Source: Callorhinchus milii
Lineage: Eukaryota
DNA length: 64,000 nt
Assembly (NCBI RefSeq): GCF_018977255.1
Contig: NW_024704743.1
Location: 60,390,001-60,454,000 of the forward strand
Direction: 5' to 3'
Shown: positions 1 through 11,500 of the stretch, in pieces
Numbering within the stretch: the stretch's first letter is position 1
Layout: every line of letters starts with the position of its first letter
The notes under the pieces: model-generated
Seen by the model: only the letters and a program-made list of their open reading frames with translations
Database searches by the model: none
Told to the model about the DNA's origin: nothing
Program-made: the position numbers and the translations under genes

Positions 1-1026
1 TTATCTGGAAGAATTGGTTGACATTACAATCAATTACAATCAACATGACATTACAATTGGTTTCATTTGGTTGTCAACCTCGATCAAAAAAAACTCTTCC
101 TGATAACAATTTGCAAAGCAAATTTGTAGGTTTGTAGTGTTGAAATCAGAGATTCCAAATGCAGGCTGGTTGTGGGTGCAAAATAAATGATGGGACAATT
201 GCAGAGTACGGAATGCTTTGCATATCTTGTATGGGTAACAGAAAATCAATTTAAAAAAGCATTAAAAGCAAAACGGTGGCAACCTGTCATCAACTCCTGA
301 ACAAGAAGTCAATTGTACAGTTATAAATTGTCTTCAATCTTCTGAGGCTCCAGCATTAGGCATTTACAATTCAGAATTCATTCAGAAAGAATATGGGAGT
401 GGTGAGCCTGATGGGACAGTTTGATTTATGCCAGGTGACAAGTGACATGTGACATGGTGAGTCACTGTGGGGAAGCACTAAACAGAGGTTGATCATTTTT
501 CCACTCATGGGAGGGGAAGAAAATTGTATCTAAATGAAAGCCTTGCAGTAGGTCAATCATCCGACTTAGTGCAGAGCCAACCTATTGACTATAAGTGATG
601 GATCACAGGATAAGCAGGGCTCAAAGGAATAGTTTATAACAGAGCAGATCCCACTCTTGTCAATAAAATTAATGCAAAATGCAGTGTTCCCGTGATTTCC
701 TTTTTGACAATAATTTAATGAAGAGTCCTCTCTTCACAAGGTCAGATGTAAAAATCATTACAAATATCAAATCAAGTTGTGTGCCAAAGGCTTTGATATT
801 GCTCAACTGTCTGTGGGAAGCTGTATCACAATGTGGAGGGTTTGGCAAACTGGCTATTGCTACAAAATCTATTCCCTACGTAACCCTGATAAGAACAAAA
901 GTTATGCTGTCAAGATGTATTTACACCAGAAACTGGGCATTTATGTTGCTTTCTAATGTTGAGTGCACTATAACTGACACAAATGTACATGAACAATCAG
1001 CATGCCAAGAGCATGTGACATATCTA

Positions 1027-1258
1027 ATACTTATAATAATAATCCTTACATTTGATATAGTGCTTTATCACACAGTTGAAATGTCTCAAAGCGCTTCACA
1101 GAATATACTGTAAAGTGAAATGACTGTGTATTTTTGTGGGTCATATGTAGAAGCCAATTGTACACAGCAGTGTTCCACAGACAGTCGTAAATTGAGTGAC
1201 CAAATTATTACCCCTGGAGAACGATCCACCAAACAACTGGGTTCCAACTTACTGCTAA
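1027..1258 (-). mobile_element. 5'-truncated Deu-domain SINE with L2-type tail
   Basis: Reverse complement of the GTGGAACACTGCTGTGTACAATTGGC core and the GCACTATATCAAATGTAAGGATTATTATT tail. Confidence 0.8.
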
Positions 1259-2483
1259 GTAAACTTGCCAAGAATCAGCCTTTTCCATCACTTTCTGGGG
1301 TACATAAATGTCTACTGGCCACGTCTCAACAAATCCTGAGTCAAGAGGAGCTCTGGCACTTATTTGTTGGCAGTCTCAAAATCTCAAAGCAGATTCATGA
1401 TAGAGCAGCCAAGCATTTGCCTTGCATTCTGTCATGGAAACAATTATTGGCCTTAAACATAAAAAATCTGTTTCAAATTTCAGCTTCAATGTGCACTGGG
1501 ACATGTGTGGTTACAAAGCTGAAGTCTGTTCTTTTGAGGGGGAATGAATCATCGCCCCCATAAAATCGTTACGTTTTTACATATGGGCTAAAGATGGAGC
1601 ATAACAATTAATGACTGGTCTCCATGGTAGGAGAGAATCATACGTTTCTGAGCCACCTAGTACTGTTGTTTTTTTACATGTATTTTATATACATATACAT
1701 ACAATGGGCATTTCTGCTGAATGTGAATTGTGCTACATATGTAAAATGAATACTATGTACAAAATCCCCACTCCCAGGAGGCACAAATATTGGGTGAAAA
1801 ATAATTATTGCTCCTTAATCTTATCTAATTGATAGTATTTATCTTGAAACTAATCTCACACACTAACCTAGGTATTCTGAACTATAGTACTGATGTATGA
1901 GAGCATCATGCTGGCCCAATTACTTCATAGTCTCTCTGGGTTCAGGTTTTAGTGACAGATTATGTCTTTCAATACATTTTATATTGCAGAGCTCAGTGCA
2001 AATTGAAATGCTGTGGTGGATGTTACAAGTATTAAGAAGCTGTGATATTACAGGGTGATTTGTTGGTTGCTGGGCTATGACTTTTGTTAAAAAGATTGGA
2101 CAGAGAAGACAAATACTAGAAATTCAGAAAACAAAATTAAAAAATGGTGAGGTAGAAATGATTTCATCTTACAGGATTTGGGACAATTCAACGGTATTTA
2201 ACATGGGAAAGTGAGCAATTCAGCAAAGGAAATGTAAGGAATAAATACCTTTGAATATTTTCAAGGTAAAACAATAAGGTAACAAATGATTCATTTTTCA
2301 ACACGATTAGAAAAGTTGAAAAATTAGCATTTTCACGTTTCTCAAATGAAAGCTACAAATTATTTTAGTTTAACAAATGCAAAATCCATAGCAAATACAA
2401 GAACTATTTCTTTATGTAGCATGTATGGGAAACTCTCTGAATCATCTGTAATATTACTGTAATTGCTCATCATTCAGTTTTAC

Positions 2484-2537
2484 CTTGCCACCGGTGGCAC
2501 CTGCATCTCCTCTACGTCCATTCAATCCGTTGTAGCC
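2484..2537 (-). CDS. col1a2: col1a2 exon 12 (54 bp), GYNGLNGRRGDAGATGGK
   Basis: AAG acceptor, GTAAAA donor, Gly-X-Y. Confidence 0.94.
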
Positions 2538-5500
2538 CTTTAGAGAGAAGGCAAATTTTAGCGAATATCCAATATTAGTACACAGTTATGCCTTGCTAAA
2601 TATTAACTGCAATACGTGAATGTAAAAACGTAAAAGAAGAAGCTGCAAACTTACTCGGTGTCCTTTTCTGCCAGGGTGACCAGGAGTTCCGGGGAAACCA
2701 CGAGCACCCTATAAATCAGGAGAGAGGACCACAATTTAACAACCGCAATGGCTGCTCATAACAGTTCAGTGTAATAGGTTTACAAATCTGATGGAAAAAA
2801 AATACATCAGTATTTTACCGAAACCTCAGTATGTCCATGATGGATAATACAAAACAAAATGTCATTGTACATCACCTGTAAACTCAAATTCAGATGTTAC
2901 TTACCTGAGGGCCTTGAATACCACTGTCTCCAGATTTGCCAGGTTTGCCGTTCTCTCCCTGTCAGAGAAATGTGAACACTTAGTATTGATGCTAGTATTG
3001 ATCCTATGTCACTGTAGCACTTAATACTGTATCAGGAAAAGACTTTTGTAGCTACATCCAAAATAGATTACAACACACAAGCATGTAAGGCATGCTTTAA
3101 AGTGTCTTATGTTTCTATTCCTCATAATGTATTTATTAAGTGAGTAGGGTACTGATTTTGATGACATAAATGCACTGCAGTATAATGCAGCGTATCATTA
3201 TATTCACACCACCCTCTGAGACTGATGGATATAATGCAAACTTATTCCTCATGGCCAAGAAAAAGACTTATGTTTTGATCTCATCCACAAACCATGGTAG
3301 AGCCAAGATGGATCCCTGAAGATGGGATCAATGGAAGGCAATATTAAGTGGAGTCACTGAGTCATATTGGTCAAATGTGACACTGACAGTACCCAGTTCA
3401 TTTGGTCCAATTTAGTGTATGAAACAGAAATGAAAGCAGTTGAAAATCCAAAGGAAGAATTCAAACCGCGTCAGAATACTTATCAGGATAGGAATGTTTT
3501 GAAGTAATTGAAATGGTTTGAGATAGAATATTGTTAAGGGCACATTTAAAGAAGATACATCATTTCCAAGTTTTAGAGAGTGTTAAATTCTTAGAAACCC
3601 AGAAATGTAAGTTGCCCATAGGCACCTCGAAAACATCTAATTGCAGTACAATTTTATTCAGGTCCTTCTCATCCCTAACATTATGCACTACGAGGAAGAC
3701 AATAGGAACTTTATGGAAGACCATTTATGCAACTATCAATGAATCAAAACTCTTGGCCAAATTGAGAACCAGAAAGAGCAGAGCTTGTTCAAAGACAGTT
3801 TTCTAGAGTTCATATGCATGAGAAATAAATTAGAATTCCTAATTCTGATTGCTCAACTTCTATCCTATCTTATTGAACTACTCTCAAATGTCTGTGTATT
3901 TAGATAAAAGATAGGCAGTAGGGGCTGGAATGTATTCAGGGTGTTTTCCAGAAAAGATTATTTTTAAATTCATTTTGGCTGTGGTGGTCAATTTGTATAG
4001 GATTTTCATCCCTTAAACTCACAATTTCATAGTCGGTAAATTTACAAACCAGGAGGGAATAAAATGCGTTTGCCAGACAAAATTGGTAAATTTACCCAAT
4101 AATTTATCCAACTATTCAGCTGAAATTAGTGTTCAGTCACCACCTTTGGTGACTGATTGTAATGCGTTTTCACTGTACATCTCCAGAGCTTTTAGAACGC
4201 AGATAGCATGGAGTGGCTCTATTGCAATGAACTGAGAATAGCATTTAGAAATGCTTCTGTTACAATTTATATCTTACTTTGGATCTTTAAAAACATACAC
4301 AATATACTTACATCGTCACCAGGTTTACCAGGTAGGCCTGAAGGTCCACGAGATCCCATTAGGCCCTATTGAATATACAGAAAAGAAATAAAAAAATAAA
4401 TTGAATATTTATAAAGCTTTTTTTAAAATCCCGAACAAAAAATCCCCCACTGCATCAAATGAATAATTCTGCTATGAGGTTTTACTTACAGTTGACCCAG
4501 ATTCACCAGGAAGGCCAGGGGATCCTTGGAAGCCTTGAGAACCCTAAAAATTAAATGTTCAAAATAGTCAAGTATTATAGTCAGAGATAACTAAATTAAT
4601 TTTACAAGCAATCTCTTTAAATTTGAGGTAATACTATGTGTCGCATAGTTTCCATTATCAATTAGAAAGAGCTAAAATAACAAGGCATTTTGATACTTAC
4701 AGGAGATCCAGGTCCACCTGAAGGGCCTCTTGGTCCTGGTATACCCTAGAAAGAAAAATAAGTTATAATTAGTGTTGGAGGAGCGTAAATGTATTAAGTA
4801 TCTGGAAGTGTTGTAGCGATGGTTCAGTTGTCGTTGAAATTAACATTTGAATGGCTGAAGAGAAAGCCACTTTTCCACAAACCATAGTTGAGCCAAGATG
4901 GATCCCTGAAGATGGGAACACTTAGTACTGATGCTAGTATTGATGCTACACTACTGTAGCACTTATTACTGCATCAGCAAAAGTGATACAGTAATAAGTG
5001 ATGTGATGTTTTGTTAAGAAACAAGACTTTTCAAGTGATGTGATGTTTTGTTAAGTAACAATTTAAGAAAGCCCAGTACGGTTTGTGTTGCATTATGACA
5101 GATTCACCACAAGGACAGCCTAACATCTACCTAGTCCTAGCTTGTATGACCTTTTTGTCTTGAAGATTTAAGGTTAAGCAGTGTTGTAGGAAGTTCTTAA
5201 ATTCAGTCATGATTCAGAAGCCACTTTTCCAGCTCTTGCGAATAACCAGCTTCCAAACTAAGACTGAATTTAAGAATTCTGCATTTTTTTTGAGGCAAGG
5301 CACCTTTAAATGCTTTTACATATCCACTGCCACCAAAGAATTTTGAATGGTGAAATTTATTTTAAACTAGCCATCAGCTCCCAACAGCACTTGCTTACAT
5401 TCAATTTAGTTATTTCGTCACGTTATATTGGGTGGTTCGTCATTTTCATCTTCCTATTTGACCTACAAATATGGTCTCACAAATTGAAAAGAGGCTACCC

Positions 5501-8500
5501 CATAAACATGGATTGATTCAGTCCAGCAGAGTAAGATATACTGACTACTCTGGACCTAAATGAGGCCACAATACTGGTCACTTATTACCAGACATGGGGA
5601 TCATTGAGGTTGAAGTTGGAAATATCCCAAAATATTTCTGCAATGTTTTGGGTGCATACTGATTATGGATCAGTTGGGCACAGAACAAGTAACCCATATT
5701 AATGAAACTGTATTAATCTTATCTAAAGATAGATAAAAAGCAATTTGAACACAATCAAATCAACATTGGGAGTGAATAAAGGTATTCACTGAAGGGATCA
5801 TAGGCAAACATACATTTCTTACTGATGTTGGGTTGGTTTTATAAATTGTAGCTTTTTTAACATGTCCTTATTCTCAATTACAAAGTAATAAATGGACCTG
5901 ACATTTGCGGAGGGAATTTCCATTGGGCTGTAAAATGATTGACCTTAGAAATAAGCATATGATGGGGAAAGTTCATAAGTGAACAGCATCAATATGGGCA
6001 CCTTTGGAGCCAATGGAGTTTCACCTCATAGACAGCTAGTACACATCATCATGTGATGTTTTTATGCACTTCAAATCTCACTCAAGATAAGGCTATATCT
6101 TTATGTCATGGTTTGCCTAACAAAAAACGTAGTCACTACACTTTGCATTAAATGCTGTGAAGCACTTTGGAACGTTCTCCCAACGTGAAAGGTGCTATCC
6201 CAAATGTAAAGATTATTATTATTTACCCCAAAGTGTAGTGAACAGATAGAATAGGAGCATAATGATGAAGGTCCATCATATACCACAAGCACAATGAAGC
6301 ACTGTGAGATGTCCTCCCGACATGAAAGTCCCTATATAAATGTAAATTGGATATAATGGTGCCTATCCAACATAAACTAATTTAAGTCCACATTCGTTGA
6401 TGCATGTTCACTAAAACAAAGCTTTGAATAGTTTCACCAATGTAAGTCATAGAATTAATATCTTGTGGCTATCCACTTGTGGGTGGGGGAAGACAGGTGA
6501 GTGTCCTTAAAGCTGAGCTGGTTCCAAGGAAAAATACTTGGCAACAGAATGTCGGAATTGAGTCAACCATCCGTGGCAGTTTTGGGGGGCTAGTTCCTGA
6601 GCCAGGCAGATCCACAGTACTTCAGGGCACTGCTGTTGCCAGCCTCGTCAGCTTAACTCCACAGGAAGCAGGGATTCTTTCCATTCAGCTCCTAATGATT
6701 TTGTAAGCCAAAACCCTAAAGGGTAGGGTAGTATTAACTGGATGAGCAGTGGGAAGTTTGCTAGACAGCGCTCTCAATGGCAAGCTATTGTAGTTTTAGT
6801 TAACTAAACTCCATCAGCATCCTAACACACACTCTGCGGTTTCCAAACCTTGGCCCTTAAGTATTGTGATGTGTTTCTGCATGTCAGCTTTACGTTACTA
6901 AGGTAAAAACTTTAAATTGTATAAGCTACCAGAGATTTATTGCAACTGCATCTTCCATTAATTAATTAATGGTGATTGTTGTTATTATTTACAGAATTTT
7001 CAAAAAAAGATTGTACCGGCATTGATTTTGTAAATGAAAAAAAACTTTTTGGTAATCAGGTATCCCGTTTTGGGCATCGTGTGACACATATTGAAGGCCA
7101 CGTAATATACTCTGCTATGATTGCTTACCATGATTCCTGGGGTCATGGTATCCTCTTTCCGATATTGAGCAGCAAAGTTCTGAAAGGCAAAAAAGAAATA
7201 GGTTCAAAGCTTAGGAGAGATTTACACTGATTATCAAATAACTTCACTGCAAATGCGAAAACCTCTGTAAGATTAAAACACAAATGAAGCACTGACTGAA
7301 GAAAGTTACAAACAATGTAACATTTGCATATACACTTTGAGAAGTAAATTACTTCAGTACCAACACTTATGAAGTAATACATTAACCATTCTCATATAGA
7401 GGGGGGACAAAAAATTAAAAATTTTCTTAATTACTTCACTGTGTTCTTCCTTCCTTCCTTTAAAGTACTTACTTCTGGGAACTGATATTTGAAATGATAA
7501 AACTTTCAGTTGACTGATAATTCCTCTTGTCCGATGCAGCAGCTTTTCCTGCTGTGAATACTGCATGTTTTCTTACAATTGATTCACACAACACTGGAAT
7601 GCTTGTTGTTATTGTACAGAGAAAAATGATTCAGGTCTCATCTCTGATCTGCGTTTAGTTTTCTGATCTTAGTCAGGTGCCAGTGGGGAAATGCAATTGG
7701 ATTTGTTGTTCCTCAGCTAGATAGGGGAAAAAAACAGAGACAGATCCTATTTGTGATCACTGTCAAGTAATCACGGGTGGAAAGGTGCATATATATAGGG
7801 ATATATATAGATGTTGGGTAAGGACAGGATTGGGCTTGGCTGTGATATCCACCTATGGACTAATAGCCTGCAGATACTCACTGTCCAGACTCACAAATGA
7901 AGAGTGGCTGCTTGGGTGAGGTAACAGAGTGCTGTCAGCACCCATGGAACTGTGCCTCAGCATGAGTCTCCATCTTCGGGAGAGGAGGGGGAAAAAATTG
8001 AAAAAAAGAAAAGCTTATTGTTGCTTGGTATCACGTATACATATGAATAATAATTCACTGAACAGTGAAGTAACTAAGAAAATAATTAGAATTTTAGTAT
8101 GGAACCTCAGAAAGGCCTAAATAATTGAATCAACAACTGAGCAGAGCAGTCAAAATTTAATGTTCCTCCAAAAACAATGAGCCAAATGTGGTAAATGATT
8201 CAGTAACTTACTCCGCTGAGGCCTGGGGCCCCTGGTGGGCCAGGTAAGCCAGGAAGGCCGGGCTGGCCTGGATCTCCATCTACACCATCAGGTCCTCGAG
8301 GGCCCTAGATTTAAAGAGTGTAAAATGTTTATGAATATCATGAAACACCTAGGAAGAAAAGCTGCACACATCTGTGCCCCAGGTAATACAACTGGTTGTA
8401 CATCTATCTGGAATTTATCATTGGCAGACAAGCAAATAATTTGTAATCATTTTAACAAATAATTCATAAGACTATATTTTATCTGAATAATATTTTCTCC

Positions 8501-11500
8501 AGAATGAGGTAAACGTAGTGAAGAAATGAAGTTGAAGAACATGGGCACAACTTGAGGCTGATAAGTTCATAAATAGTAATGATCATTTATACCCTATCTC
8601 CTTGCTGACCTCTGTCGCCTCTGGAGCCTTGGGGTCCCTAAAGAAAAAAAAGAAGAAATATTTGAAATCATTTTAGATGCAACAATATATATCACAATTC
8701 CAGAATAAAATAATAATGAATTTGATACTCTGCTTTTCACGTCAGGAAGATGTTTAAAAGCGCTTCACAGGATTCACTAATAAGTATAATAGCTGTATTT
8801 TGAAGCTGAGCACACAGCAATGACTCACAAAACTAATGAGCAACCAATTTTATCTGTGGGATTGTTAGCCAGGACATTGGGAGAAACTACCTTCTCTTTT
8901 TACCTTAATCAAGAAAACGCAACCTTGGTTCAACAATTCATCCAAAGAAAGCCACATCCAACAATACTGCACATTTCTTGCGCTCTACTGGATTGTCAGC
9001 CTGAACTATATGAGTTCAAAGTCCTGACGTGGGGCTTGAACCCACAACCTTATGGCTCAGAGGTGAAAGTGATACTAGTTGAGGCAGGCTGACACTCATC
9101 CCCATCTGGCCCTCTCCACCATCAGCCATCGGGCCTTCAGCCTCTCTGCCTCCACCCTTTGGAACTCCATCCCACATTTCCTTTGCCTCGCTCCCTCCCT
9201 TGCCTCCTTCAAGGCACATCTCAAAATCCTCCTCTTCGACCGCACCTTCGGCCGCCCTCCTACCCTCCCTGCCCTCTATCCTCACTGAACCCAACTTGCT
9301 CCCCTCCCCCCACGCCAATTCGGGTCCAAATCTCTGACTTGGGACATCTTCCTGAAGTGAAAGGCACTATCCAAATGTAATTTTGTATTGTATTACAGTT
9401 GGGTAAAGAAAATAAATACAAACATTTACAATTAAAGACTGGATTGATATTTTAGGTTGAAACAAAAAGTTGATGCTGAAATTAGCAGTAGTCAAAATTT
9501 ATTCATTATTCATCCTGAAAGATGATGCAGGTTTTTCTTGCTGCACTAATAGGTAACGGAGAGAACTGTTAAAATACAGCACACTTTGAACCATAGAAAT
9601 TCACAGCACAGAATAAGGCCCACACATGTCTGTGCTGGCACTTTTAAAAGCAATCCTTGAATCATGCTTCCATTTCTTTTGCACCTAGATTCCTTACTAC
9701 AGCCAATCAAAACATAAACGTTCTGTATCAAATAGTAGCACTATGTTGTGTACATCAAATATCTGCTCCCAAGAGAGGTGTGCTAATGGAATGGTTTAAA
9801 AACTTGCTTTACTTACTGTAAAGCATGTATATGTTTTGTGGTGAACACCTACAATCTAATAGTTCAAATGGTTAGGGACCTTTAGACTCTAAACCAGAAG
9901 TCCAATGTAGAACCAAAGAAAGTGCATTATCCCATTCACACAACTCCATTATCCTTATCCTCTTCCAGCAACTGACCTGACCACTACTCTGGGTAAGTTT
10001 TGCTAATGAACTGGTTCAACAAGTGGCTTATGTGCTAGATGTAGCATGTGATAAAAGAGTGTAAACCATCAGCAAGTGGACAGACAGCAGGTACAAAGAA
10101 GCCTATGTTTTATACCACTTGAGTGGTGTGGTGAAGAGCTAACCCCAAAGGAAAATCGGGAGGAAATGGGAGAGAAATAAAAATAATCAAATTTCAAACT
10201 CACACTTTATATGACTAGGATTTTTGGACCGAGGCCCAGTCCTGTTACTGCCACATGTGTCAGTTCACAGTTGGAGCAATAGGTGTGAAGTGGAAGTAGG
10301 GCATTTCCCCTTGGGGAAGTGGGGAGGAGGTGTAACATGCTGCCTTCACCACCCTCACACCATGTTGCTTCTACCAACCGGGTTTTAACCAGTACTCCTG
10401 CCAACTTCTACAGAGGAAACTCAGGGAAAAAGTCATGTGTGGAAAAAGTTACAAGAACAATCACAAAAAAAGCAAGTACTAAATAATGTTACACCTTTAG
10501 TAACGTGTATGAGTTGCAGAACCATAGCAAATTCTTTAGCTGTCAAAGTCACTATGAGAAACTGCTTGTATTCAGGTTAGGTTAAAAGGTGCATAGATAA
10601 GTATGCTGGTTTCATGACTGACGAAGCATGTTAATAATATAAAACTAATGGGGTATGTATAACTATATAGATAATTTGTGTTCTGATTATTTCATAATTT
10701 AACCAATTTTTATATTACTGATCTGTTTTATCATAAACTGTATTTTTATCGGAAATGTATTTGAAAACAATACTTTTAAATTACAAGCAAATGTACTACA
10801 AATGTGGCCTGTTCTCCTTCCAGTAACCAGAAGTATCTCGTGCCAACCCTCAGGAATAATGTTCTCAAGCACTTTATTTCACGTACAGTATTTCTACAGG
10901 TTGGTGGGATCTATATATATATATATAGAAGTGCTCTGAGATGCAACTACATAAAGGGTACAACACAAATGCAAGCGGTTGTTCACAATTAGATTCCTTC
11001 TTAAGAAGCATTGTTAATGTTGCATTTTAGACCCTTTCAACACATACAATGTTTAGGACAGAAAAATTATTTACATAATTTATTAGTCATGACATTATTT
11101 ATTGTATTTGGCTCAATTTTGGCTCAGAGATGAACTTTCACGATAATAGTGTGATATCCTACTGCAACACTGACTGAAGCTAGGATTTCATCATTTATTT
11201 AGTCAAAATAGTTTATACTAGATATATAACATGTTTCTCCCACACTTTTTAGAGGAATGCGCTTAATAAAGAAATTATTACTTATTTTAATAAACTCGTG
11301 CGAGTCTCATAAACATTGTTTCCGATCTTTTGAAGATGAAACATGTCCACTGAATTCTTCAATTAAAAGGAGGGAGAAGATATTATTTATATCCCCCAAA
11401 TCAACCAGACTAATAACTCATGCGTAATGAAATGACAAGTTAATTATAGTCAACACTGTGAGTGAAGTATGAATTATGGCCTCATGTTCCATAATGGAAT

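Noticed and set aside
679..1563. 144-aa and 147-aa plus-strand ORFs
   Set aside because: Intronic, run through SINE sequence, no recognisable domain. The other short non-TE ORFs in the track are rejected on similar grounds.
8235..8462. Plus-strand 75-aa ORF
   Set aside because: Antisense shadow of collagen exon 5.
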